64,000 bases of DNA, taken from positions 27,268,123 through 27,332,122 of the forward strand of contig CP154954.1 in the NCBI GenBank assembly GCA_039621445.1, given 5' to 3'. Below the pieces are notes generated by a model. That model saw nothing but the letters and a program-made list of their open reading frames with translations, was not told the origin of the DNA and ran no database searches. The number at the start of each line of letters is the position of its first letter. Positions within the stretch are counted from its first letter, which is position 1. Shown piece by piece: positions 47,728 to 60,300 of this stretch. The position numbers and the translations under genes are program-made. The DNA comes from Euglena gracilis (lineage: Eukaryota).

Positions 47728-49089
47728 GTCTCTGAAGCTATAAAGTGGTTGGTATCATGGTATCATTTGGGAACCGAGGTTTCACACTGGGCTGTTCGTG
47801 GTGGAGGGTCTTCACTGCCCCCATTGGCCCAGCTAAAATGGAGGGGGCAATTGCTTTTTTGTTCCGATGAAGCCCAAAATGGACCATTCTGCGGCAGCCA
47901 GCCAGCCATGGCTTGCTTCCCGGTCTCAGTGGGAACCGGGCAACCCTGCATTTTGTGTTGAGGGATTTTCTCTCCCCACCTCTGGTTGGAGTGGGCCAGC
48001 CTTGTCCATTTGGGGGTGGGGGGGGCGTATATGACATTTCTTTCAAGGAGGCAGAGTGGAGAACGCTTTTTTTGGTTTCCCCAAGGACGTCTGGAAGTTC
48101 TTTCGGTGGTTTGTCACGAAGAGTCTGGGACCACCCCTCTCCCTCCTTCCCTTTATTACCCCTTCTCATTTATTACCCTGCCCCCGGAGAGGAGGTTGGG
48201 TGAGTTGTTTTTCAAAAACAGATTGAAAGTGAAAGTGACAGTAATTGTCGCATGTCTGGGCCATACCATCAATGCTCCAGGCGTATCATTGCTTAAGGTG
48301 TCTCCGATCCCCCCCGACACCCCCCGCAGGGTGGGGTTGGCAAGAAGAGGCCGAAAGTGGCACACCCGGCGCCGAAGGCACTCAGATTTTTTTTGAGAAA
48401 AGTGGCAGGAGTCCCAGGGTTCGATACGAGGAGGGCCAAAAATTAGTCACGTGGATTAAGCTACTGTTTAGGTAAATGGGTGTCCTCCCCACCAAAACAG
48501 TAGCTCGGTCCAGCCCCCCCCCCCCCAGACAAGAGGGGGGCGACCCCCCACCTGCCCTTATATCGAATCCTGCTCCTTACACTTCAAACTTCTCTGCACA
48601 CCGCGGGAAAATTTTTGGAAGGTGATTTTTTGAATGTCGATTGTGCGATGGCTTGGCACTTCACCAGAGATTCCTTCAAGAAATTGCCTTTAAATGCCTT
48701 TTGAATGCAGTTATTCTTTGTTTTGTCAAAAGCTCACGTCAATGAAAGCCAATACTGAAAGGAGGTGGAAGGAGCCAGCCCATTATTGAGTAGTTTCGGA
48801 AAACAACCCTGTTTCCAAATTGAGGTCTGAGGAAAAAGGGTGCATATCAAAAGTAATTTCATATTTTAGAGCTATTACACTTTTTCTGGTTGAGATTTTT
48901 GTGCGGATTGGAACGGTTTGCTTCATCATCAACATTCCGTTGGCATGCCCCGTCAATTTGGCTTCCATGTTGGCGGCAACCAGCTTCTCTTGTACAGTTG
49001 TCCAGCAGCTTTGGAGGGGGAGATCATCAAGCATTACGGTGCATTGTCGAAGCCAGGTGTCATTTGCAAACTCGTAAATCAGAAAGCAC

Positions 49090-49511
49090 CAGGCTCTTGC
49101 TTAAGGGATTGCAGTACCCCCCCCCGGGGGGGGCTGGGCTGCAGCTAGTCCAAATTTGGCTAGTGGGTTTTCTAGCAGACCCCCCCCGGGGGGGGGTCTG
49201 CTAGCAGGGCTAGCTAGTGGAATTTTTTTTCCAGTGACTGGTGCGAAGCTCCGGAAATTTTTTTGGACCCCCAAAAATGGCCAAAAATGCACGTTTTTGG
49301 CCATTTTTGGGAATTTTTGGAACAAAATCAGCCAAAAACCCATTAAAAACCTCCTTTCCATCTCGGCGCGCAGCGCTGGAGGAAAATTTTTTTTCCAGTT
49401 GGGGGGACCCCCAGACACCCCCCCGGGGGGGGGTCTAGAAAGTCCACTTTTCCCAGTGCCTAGCCGATTAGCTAGCCAGTACCCCCCCGGGGGTCCTTAA
49501 GCAAAAGCTTG
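49090..49511. mobile_element. hAT-like MITE, 8-bp TSD GAAAGCAC
   Basis: TIR caggctcttgcttaagg / ccttaagcaaaagcttg; exact TSD at 49082-49089 and 49512-49519. Confidence 0.85.
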
Positions 49512-52500
49512 GAAAGCACTCCATGTTCAAGCAGGGGGAGCATTCGCGTTTTTGTGCCAAACCCCCTTCTCAAATACCCCGCCGGGGTTTATTTTTTTGC
49601 CCGAAGTCCCGGCTCAGGGGGGGGGTATTATTTGGGAGGGGTAATAGCACTCCCAAAATTTTCAAAATTTGTTGAAGTCCCTTAGGACCCAAAACAGCAC
49701 CCCAAACCCTCGTTTTTTTGTCTTTTCTCATGAAATTTAGCATTTTTGGAGCCAGATAATCCAGAAAAATCAATTTTTTTTTCTTCGAAATTTGTTATCA
49801 GAGATTGTGATTTTTGCCTGCATTTTCAGGTCAAAATCCGGGTCGTCAGCCCGAGGGGTATTAACTCGGTGGCCGAAGTTGGACCCCGAGGGGGGGGGGT
49901 ATTATTTGGGGGGAGGGTTTATTTTGCACTTTTCAGTTTTGGCTTTTATTCAACGGGTACTTTTGTTGCTTTCTACCTGGGAAGCGTTCAAATGCGACGT
50001 CATACTTATGAGTTTTTTTTGCTGGTGCTGTGACACAGAGCTGGCAAGAAGAAGAGGGGCAAGCCACCAGACACCATTGTCATTGACCAATCCACGGATT
50101 GCCTCCCGCAGGAGTGAACGCCATTGTCGACATCAAATGGATTTCGTCGAAGACAGATGGTCAGCCGGACGCGTACGTTCCGTTCTTTGCCATCAGAAGT
50201 TGCCTCATGAAGGCTATCTTTTGAAGAAGGAAACCAATTTGGAGAGGTTTCTTTTGCTAAAGACTGCTCTTCCCCTCCCTTCCAAAGAAATAATTGTGGT
50301 GTTTGTTGCAAGTGTTGTATTTTTAATGGCTGCGCACAATGTCTCCTCTGTGGACTCCACCCCAGTCCGTTGTTCGCCCCCATTGTTAGCATTTCATTCG
50401 GATCTCATCATACCATATGAAAGACCCTTTGACTTTGACATGGATGCCCCGCTTTTGTACACTGGAGGGGGGGGACACCACACCTCAGCGACGCTCCAAG
50501 CCCAGGGGTGACCACTGCGTTCTTAAGAAATTTGACCCCCGGGGGGTCCAGCCAGCCAGCAGCCTTTTTCCAGCCAGCAGCCTCTTTCCACCCGGAAAGA
50601 TGGGCCAAAAATGGGTCAACAATGGGCGACAACGGGTCGGGAAAAAGCTGTCCAGGACGTTTAGGGGGGTCAAGAATTGATTGTTTTGCGTAATTGTCAG
50701 TTTTTTTTGTGGGATATTTTTGCGATTTCGATTTTTTTTGGTGCCCGGTTCGACCCCAGATCGGGCCCAATTCCAGCTGGAACCCCCATGGGGGAGGGGT
50801 GGGGTCAACCAGCAGCTTTTTTCAAGCCAGCCCAAATTTTCCAGCCTCTGAGCTTGACCCCCCAGGGGTCTTTAAACAACGCTCTGGTGGTGACTGATTG
50901 TACACCTGGTTCCCCTGGTAGGCAGAGAACACAGACGCGAAACAGAATTCAAGCCTAATGGCACTGGCCATCGCTGTTCCTGAGCTTGTTTTCGCCGTTC
51001 AAACGGAAACCCAAATTGATCTGTGTGTGTGTTCCTGGTAGGGCGTTGGTCTGAAGCGGATGTCGGCTCCTCCTCCTCAGAATCATTTTCTGTTTTCTTT
51101 GCCTTGGTTCATCCCCTCCCCCCTTGTGCTGCTCTGAGGCTAAGAATGATGTGAAGTTGAGTTTTTTTTTGAAGTAGCATTTCTGCCCCGCCTCTGCCCA
51201 TGCTGGGAGGGGATGGTCCCTATTGTGGTGATGGCCTCCGTGACAAGGTATTTGTGCCAGAGGGTTTCTAGATTGTGGTCACAGTATTCAACCGCAAAAG
51301 AAGGCGACATCCTGATGGAATTTGGAAATGAAATTTGTTGAAATTCCCCTCTTTCCCAACATTGTGCTGACCCCCCCCAACAAAATTTAGGCCACAGCTG
51401 CGTAAATGTGGGTTCTCGGCCAATCTTCTTTATGATTTCCAACCAACTGGCCGTCCAACCCCGGCCTTGCCACAGGGAGATCACATTCGCCACCCCGCAC
51501 ATGTGCCAGCAGGCTGCGCAGCTGTCGTTCCCGGATGGGTTTGCCCCCGGCGGGCGACCCTTCACTAAGCTGAAGTCGGCAAAGCCTGATTTGCAGGTGC
51601 TGCTCGCAAGGGTTTCATAGGCACTCATTGTTGCGTCATCTGGGGCACTTCTTTTCGTTTCATCTCTGTGGTCCACGTTTCCAAAGCGCGCTCTTCTCTG
51701 AACCTTATGGAGGTTCTTTTAACACTGATTTTTTTTGATTTTTCAGCATTTTGTGCTTTTCTCAAAACAAGTGAGGAGCTGATTTCTTTTTCTCTTTTTT
51801 AAAAAAAAAATCATTTCCCTCCTCTGAACAGATTAAATGTTAAGGGAGGCCAACCCTGGCAGACACAAAAGCAGGGGTTTTCTTGTGCCGGGGGACCCTG
51901 CCCCCGGGGCTCCAGCCAGCCAGCACCTTTTTTTCCAGCCAGCACTTCCCGCTGCAGACCCCCCCCTCCCCGGGGGTCCGCTGAAATATAGATTGGGCCA
52001 GTCGGGCAAAGCCTTTGCCAGGCTGGACCGGAAAAAAAAAATGTTGGCGCAAAGCGCCGAAAAATTTGGAAAAGGGGCTAAAAATGGCCAAAAATGGCCT
52101 TTTTGGGGTGGTTTTGGGGATTTGTTCACCAAAATTTTTCTGAAAAATCCAAACCCAGCTGGATTTGAGCTTTTTTCGGGCCTTTTTATGGTACCCGCCG
52201 GGTCCAGCTGCCAGCCGAGTTGGAACCACCTCCCTGGACCCCACCCCCAGGGGGGTCCAGCCAGCACCTTTTTTCCAGCCAGCACCTTTTTCAGCCGGCG
52301 ACCCCCCGGGGTCCTTAAGAAAAACTGTGGTGCAAAGGGTTGGGAGTGGGGGAATTGCAATTGGGACCCCTAAAAATGGACACAATTGTCCTCTTTTTTT
52401 CCCTTAGCAATCTTAACAAAATTTTGCTCAAAATGTTCCAAGAATTGCATGTTTGGGGTAAAAATTTATGGCCTGGTATGAAGTGCCAGACCGAAAATGA

Positions 52501-55500
52501 TTCATTTTGGCCATGCGGGGAGGGGGGAGGGGCACTTTTTTGGTGCAGGGGTTCGGACGCCCCTACGTCTCGTTGTGGCTTCATGGACCTCATGGAGATC
52601 CCAGTCATCACTCTTTGGCCGTTTCCCTTCATCCCTGTAAAGGAGAGCTTGGTTGGATTGCTCTAAAAACGTTCTTGGTTCTTGTGAAATGGTTGTCCTG
52701 TCCTGTCCTGTCAAAACCATGTTCACAAGTGGATTGTGTATTTTTGGGTTACCTCCCAATCCCTCCCCCTCTGACAATTTGGCTTTGGGCATTGAAGGCG
52801 GTGTGCGTCGATTTGTCTGCACCTCCCATGCCTCGACGGGATAACCGTTGGGGGAAAAGAGCTTTGACGACAGGTTGAAAAGAATGGGCAGAAAACATTC
52901 GCCATCCGAATGAGGTTTTGAGCGATTCAAGTTCCGTCCTTTTTTTTTGCAAGAGTCCATGAAGCCTACCACAGTCAAACTCTCATTTTCTCTTCCAAGG
53001 CATCCCTCTTCAAATGGTTTGATGTAATTTTCTAAGTTTAACCCCAGCAACTAAGGAGTGGCATGTCTGGGTGCAGATGGAACCAGAAGAGGAACTTAGC
53101 CAAAATCAAATGTCTGCGCCTCGGAGCAAACAACCCAGAATACCACCAATGGCGATGAAGAATTCCCGATGAAAATGATTGTTGATTTTTTGATGTTGAT
53201 CATTTGATTGATGATTTTGATGTTTTTTTCAAATTGAATTTTACAACCTGGGGTTCTTGCTTGTACAATTCCGTGGGATGCTTGGGATCCCTCCATGCAC
53301 AACTCCACACTCAAAATTGAGGCGATTATGTGCTTTAGTGCCTGGGTGCCTGGTGGCACGTGCCTCCCCTGGGGGGGGTCACGCGGGATTTCCTCCCCTG
53401 AGGTCCTGCATCAAGTTCGATGCATGGGCAGGTTGTGGAGGAGACTCTTTTATATGGTCAATTTTCTTCCAGCAAAGTTCTCTTTGGCCTTGAATAATAA
53501 ACAATTAGTTCCACTGTTCCAATTGTTCACAAATCCCGGCAAAGTCCAGGATTGCCAAAATATGGCTATTTTTGGCCATTTTTTTCTCTTTATGGGTCAT
53601 TTAAAAATTTCTGCTCTGACACACCTCATCCTGCCCCACCTCTGAACGAACCCAGCCTTTTGAGACTGAGAATGGGACAGGGAGGTGGGAAACATTAAAA
53701 AAAAATACATTCGCCTTTTTCAAAATTGTGCAAATTGTATTTTCGCTGTTTGGCAGGGCAAGCGAAATCCGGAGGGCAAGCCCAGCAAGCTCAAGAGAGC
53801 ACGCGAAAGGGCAGGCACAGGTGAAGAAAACAAGCTCAATGAAGAGGGCCGCCCAACGGCAGTGGACACCTCCATGCCGAAATTACGCAAGAAGAAACAA
53901 CCGAAGCCACCGTGACTGCATCACTCTATCTCTCTTTTGCATTCCATTCTGTTTCACTGAAGCGATTGTTTTGATTTTTTTCTGCATTGCGCGCCCATCC
54001 ACAGTGGAGATTAATTCTCATCATGTGCATGTGATGTATTTGAAATTGGGTTTACCCATAATAGCAATGGGTTTCTTTGGGAAGGTGCGGCTCCACGTTG
54101 AATGCGCAAAAGAGATAGTTGGTTTTGCCTGCGAGCTTTGGGAACCCCGCAGCTGTATTTCTGTGAAATATCTTTTGACATCTGTCAGGTGCAAGGCGGT
54201 CCATAAGGGACGGGAATTTTTTTTTGAGGACTGCCCCTTGAGGACCGCCCTTCTGAGGGATGGCCAAGGGCCAAACTGAGATTTGAATGTGGTCAAAAAA
54301 TAAAAAGTCGAAAAGCACATTTTTTTCGATGTCTTTGGGTGGATGGACGATTGTCCAAGGATGCCAGAAATCATCCCCCCCCCTGAAGTCGACCTGTTTT
54401 TTTTTTGCCAAAATATAGCCATTTTCAGCCAATTTTTTTTATGGATTTTCATTGAATGTGCTGGGACAGGAAGTTTTTTTTCCCCACGAAGGACCGCCCT
54501 GTTCAGTGACAAAATGCTGAATTCAGTGGATTTCCAGGAAGAATGCTTGACTGGGTGTGATAATGTTTTCATTTGCAGGTTTAAGTCAAAGATCAGATAT
54601 TGGGGAGGGGGGGGGGTGGCTTGAAAGGAAAAAAAATTGTCGTGGGAAAAATTCCGGACGAAATTTCGTCCAGGATTTTCCCCCTCAAATTTCAGAGAAA
54701 TCCAATTTCCTCCAGTGAACACCCAAAAATTTTCTTTGGCATTTTGTGCCGATTCTTTGAATGTTTTTTTTTGTTGTGCAGTGACATCCAAAATGAAGAA
54801 TATGCTTCAATTCACCAAATTATGCCAAATTTCACCAATTTTTGAACGTTGGATTTGGGAAAACCTCAAGATTTCGATGTGAATTCAGATGGATTTTTTT
54901 TGAAAAATGGGCTCAAGAGAGTCTTTCGTCCAGACTTTCCCCCGGCGTTTTTAAGGATGCATCCAATATTTTTCCTGACAGAAGTTTTCCCGTCAGCAAT
55001 TGTTCCCGGTCAGAATTCCCCCCTCGCTGTGAGTTTAAGAGCTTAAGTGTTGGTTTGATTTCTTTCAGGGCAGTTCATGGAGGATGAGTAGGACCTTTAG
55101 GCCAATGGCCAAAGTGCAGATCTGGAGCTCGAACAAACTCAAGAATAACATAAAGCTGCAAGCAACACAATTTCGTCCTAAGTGGATCGGCGATGGTCCA
55201 AGGATGCCAGAAATCAAATTTTTTCCCGGTGTTGACCTGTTTTCAACGAACAATCCGGAATTTTTTCATCTATTTTCTTGTGGCTTTTTTAGTTGAATTT
55301 TTTGGGTCATTTGTCTTTTGTTAGTCATTGCTTTTATTTTTTCCTCTCATTTTGTCAGGTTGCAATGGCAACGATTTTTTGGGTGTCAAAAAAAAAAAAA
55401 CTCGGTGCTTCGCACAGGTCACTAAATAAATAGCTGGGGTGCATGCATCTCTTTGAGGACCCGGGGGGAGGTTGCTGGGCTAGGGCTAGAAATTTGGGCA

Positions 55501-57395
55501 GGCCAGCCCCCCCCCCCCGGGGATGGGGGCTGGACACCAGGTGGACCTGATCTAGGATGGGCTAGGCCGAAACCGGATACTGCCCCCCAAAAAATAACCT
55601 GCAAAACACAGTTTTGAAGAAAAAAAAGAGCATCTGACAACCCCCAAAACACCCCCAAAACACCCCCAAACCACATTTTGGTGTTTTTTTGAATTTTTTT
55701 TCCAAATATTTTAGGCGCGTTGGACGGAAGATTTTTCGGCTGGACCCTCCAAAAGGGGGCTGACTAGCAGGCTAAGAGCACCCCTCCCCCTGGGGAGTGC
55801 TGCTGCGGGCTGGGCCAAAAACAGGGCTGGCTGCAGCAGCCCCCCCCCCCAGGGTCTACAAAACCTTAAAGAGATGTATGCTGGGGCTCTGGCAAAATCC
55901 ACTGACCGATTTTTAGGCGCTCCAGTCCACCCCCCCCCCCCCCCCAGGGCCCAAAACACACACAAAAAAAAACAACTAAACTCAAGCAGCTCCCATAAAA
56001 CAATTTTGTTGGGGGAACCCATAAATGCCAAATAAGTGGTAAACTGTGGAGAGAACAACAAAAATTGATATGTACACTTTGTCATGATGCCAAAGTTGAA
56101 TGATCGAAAGCCCAAAGCAATGAAAAAGACCCTGGCCAAAATAATAAAGACCCTGCATGTGTAAACCCCCTCCTGACGATGCGATGCATGGTGAAAAAAA
56201 TACTGATTTTTTTAATAAAAAAAAACCAACTCTGAGGCACAAAATAAAAAAATTCCAATTTTAAATTTTCGAAATCTCAATTTGCACTAATTTACAGATT
56301 GCACAAATTTGAAGATGGAATTGAAAAGAAAAAAAATTAATGTTTTTAGGAACCCTAATATTTATTCTTATTGTGGTGCGTGTCGGTCAAGGAAAACTTC
56401 CGAAATAATATCGAAAGATTTGATTGGTGGGTGGGTGGGTGGGTGATCTCTCAAAATAACCTTGCCAAAGCCCCTGCTGCTGCAGCGTTGGTTTGTAATA
56501 CCCCTTTTGCAGACCCATTTACGGACTCATTCACTGCTTTCCCCCGATGCTCCTTTTGAACCATATCCTTTTTTGTTTGTCTTTTTGGTGAGTACTGGTG
56601 CGGTGACTTGTCCTGTGGGCCGGCTGGACAAACGTGCTGACTGGAGAAAAATGGACCCCCCCCCCCGGGAGGTTGGTGGGTGTCCGGCCGATTGGCATCT
56701 GAACCCAGCTGTGACCCCAGAGCAGGCAAAAAGGCCAAAACCCAGCTGGGTTGGCATTTTTTTTTCAGTCAAATTTTGGAGGTGAAAAAACCAGGCCACT
56801 CAAAGATGCCATTGTTGGCCATTTTTTTACCCTTTTTTCAAAAGAATTCTGCGCTGTGCGCCGAAACTCTTCTTCTTCACCAGGCTGAACCCAACTTTAT
56901 TGCAGCGGACGCAGGGGGGGGGGTGTCCCCAGCCTGGCTGGGAGGTGCTGGAACAAAGATGCTGGCTGGCCCCCCAGAAGGTAGGCTCCCCTCCGGCTGA
57001 AGAAAACCTCTGTCATTTTCCTGATCGAAAACCATTTTCATATGGGCGTGAAGCTGGTAGAGATTTTTTTTTCGCAGTTGGGGGAGAACCCCCCAACAAA
57101 ATTAGTGCAGTCTCCTGTTCTTCGACGCCCATTCCCGGTATTACCATATTCACTTTGAGCGTTTTGAAGATCGGGAGAAAAATGAGAACCGGTTTAGCCA
57201 AATGTGAAGTTTCAAGGGGTATTCATCTTCCTGACTCACCACCATTCACCTGGAAGCCCCAAAGGATTTCTATTTCAATACCTTGGAAAGTTGGGCACGG
57301 CGAAGCTTTTTTTCCAATTATGTTTTTTTTTTGAAACGGCACCCTGTCCCGCCCCCCCCCTCCGCCCAGCCCTTGGGTGCCATCATCCGCATTGA

Positions 57396-60300
57396 ATGGC
57401 CGCCTTGGCGAAGCAGATCCTGCTGGCGGCGGACACAGAGGAGTACGACCTGGATGGCTTCGGCCCTGATGACTGTGACGAGCTGGCGGCGGAAGTGTTC
57501 AAGAACCCCATCCCCTGCCCGAAGATGTTCCGGTGTGTGACGGGGCATCACTCCCAGGCGGATTCCTTGGGGCCATGTGCCAAAATCTGACACGTGGGGG
57601 CGTGGGGGCACACTGCCAAAAAGTGTGCGGCAGGCATCAATACACCAGGTGCACAGAATGGGCTGTTTTTTTTTCGGCGTGTGTACGACTGGCCCCCTCC
57701 CCTGCTTTAACCCCGGCGACGAGCTTTATCACTTCTCAATGCGATATTTGGAGGGTTTCACACGGTCTCCTTGAACCTCCTGCATGTTTCACCGAAGACA
57801 GCGGCTCTTTCAGTCACCGGCCTCCGTCTTCTCGGCATTTTCAATGATCTTGGCAGAGTGTGATCAGAGTGGCCAGAGTTACCGCCCCGGGGGGGGGGGG
57901 CGGACATGGCAGGCTTTCAAAGAATTGACCAACAACGTTTTTGCCAGTAGAAAGCGACAGCAAGTAATGTTTTGGTCCGGTCCACCACTGCCTTCGCCTT
58001 TGTGCCTTCTTAGTCGACAGTTTTTGCTTTAGCCCAAGTTGTGCTTTATTTCATGCCGTCAAACCTACCTTCCTTTCTTAGACAGCCCATATCCCTTTAT
58101 GCAAATAACTGCTTTTGAAGATGGTTCAATGCATGAGAAATATGCAATGTGCAAAGTGTATGGAGAGATTTCTACGCCGAGAGGTGAAAAGATTTCCTCT
58201 TCATCTCTATGGCCATGTTTTATGGGATGGGAGTGTCTTGGACTACTCAGGAAACAGATTGCCTCCCACCCCTCCTCTCCTGGCAGGCAAAGGTGGAGGG
58301 GGCAAGCCCGGGACACACAGTGTTTGGGCGACCTGAAGCCTGGAGGGCGGCATTTCTCTTCAAGGACCATCAGCATCTTGTTCATTTTCTTTTTGAGCCA
58401 AAGCCCTTGTGCCCTTTGCATTTCTCTTCTTTCTCAGGGTCACATTCGTTGTTGGTGGCGGAAAGAAGGTCCGACAGAAGTACAGCCCATGCCATGCTTC
58501 CATCTCACCATTTTGCTGCACCCCATGGGAGGAAACGTTTGCATGTCGCTGTTGTGTACAAAGTGTATTCATAGCGAGCCATTCCAGTGGTTTGTGTCTG
58601 TCTTTGCCCTGGATTTGTCATGCATTCCAAAGGAAAGGAGCATGCCCCCGACCTCCCAAAGTTCCTCTCTGATGCGCTGCGGGCTGTCGGGTATGAGGAG
58701 GACAAGGGAGCGGCCGTCTCACTGGACTCTCAGGTCAGTCGACGGTGGTGCATTCTTGAACGTGGAACGATCTGATATTCTTGAAAACCTGCCCGAATAT
58801 GGAACCAGGGGGTCCTTATATTTGGTTGAGGGTTTACCCAGGGGGGGGGGTACAGGAATATTCCTTCGAAATGTTGTGATAATAGCTTCTTTTAGTAAAC
58901 CCAGTGGTTTTTTTTTGGGCCGCCTTTTCTGGGGGGGTGCATTGGTGGCCCCCCAAGCTGGCCAAGTGACCCCCCCCCCTCTGGGAAGCGCTGGCAAGTG
59001 CCTCGGCAGCAGCGCAAGATGGGGCAGTCCCATTTTGTAACCGTCCTCGACAATGATCAGGTCCAAAAATGGTACCCAGGTTGAATTTTGCTTAAAAAGG
59101 TGGAATTTGCGTTCTAAATGGCATTGGGATACACACACATAAACTTTTGGTTGAAAAGGGTCTAGTTTTCCCAACCGCCTTGAGGGTCTTGAAAGTCCCC
59201 CCAAATACAAAACTGTGGGGTACATTTTGGGCGGGGGTGGGAGTGCTATCACAAAGTCATTTGCCGACTAGCCGCCCCTGGTGGGCAAATTGGTTTTTCA
59301 GAGTGACCGATTGTTTTCTGACCCCTCCTCCCCGGGGGGGGGGTCAGCAAAAAAACCACCAAAGGGATTTCTTGAGCCGGTCCCCACCCGATCCTCCGGC
59401 CAACCAGCACATTTTTCCAGCCAGCAGCTCCGGCCAGGCCATGGACCATCGAAGTTGGTGGAGAAAACGGCCAAAATCATGGGGTTGGTCCCATTTGTGT
59501 GACGTGGGGGGGTTGAAAGACACACCCTGTCATACTAGTGGGGCCCCTGGGGGCCCACCAGTATGAGGCTACCAGAATCACTTGAAGAAGGATCCTGGCT
59601 TGTGTGCATCTACATCTGGTCTCCGTCTTTGTCCACAGATCATTTGAGGTTTCTGTTCCTCGCAGTTTGACAGAAACCCAGACAACACCAAACTCTGGTC
59701 TCTGCTCTGGCCACCAATTTTTTTTACCGACCCTCGGGGGGGGTTATTTCCTCTCTTCCCAAAACCAGTCAGACAGTTTTTTTTTGAAAACCAGTCAGTC
59801 TCTATTCCCGGGGGGGGGGGGAGTTGGATCTGGGATCCAAGAAAAAACGACCGCAAACATGAAGAAAGTGAGTTAAATAGTTTGAATAATGAAAATAATT
59901 ATAGAAAGAAAAATTTTCCAGTACTTTCTTGCCGGATTCAGGGTTTTTTTTAAAGCCCTCCCGGGGGGGGGTCAGTCAGCCGGCAGGAAAAAGGTGCTGG
60001 CTGGGCAAAAAAAGTGCTGGCTGGATCCCCCCAGAGGTGTCCACTCCCTGCTGGCTGCTGGCTGGACCTGGCTTTCACCCAAAAACAGGCAAAAAAAAAA
60101 CTCCCAAACCCACCTCGGTTGGTTTTTAGCCAAATTCTGAAGGTGAAAACCCCCCCAAAAAGTTTCTCCGAAATGCCATTTTTAGCAATTTTAACCCCCC
60201 TTTTCCAAAAATTTTCAGCACCTTCCGACTTTTTCGGCCCAACCTGGCTGCACCAAACTCAAAACCTTAACCCCCCCCCAAATAGAAGCACGAGTGCGCT

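Noticed and set aside
50270-50340. Ulp1-like protease motif (QRNNCG-VFV across a frameshift)
   Set aside because: Needs an assumed frameshift, and no catalytic His/Asp motif was found upstream.
58039-59040. 333-aa ORF and similar long G/P/K/F-rich ORFs across 21-64 kb
   Set aside because: They cross real exons in the wrong frame or translate homopolymer-rich MITE sequence.
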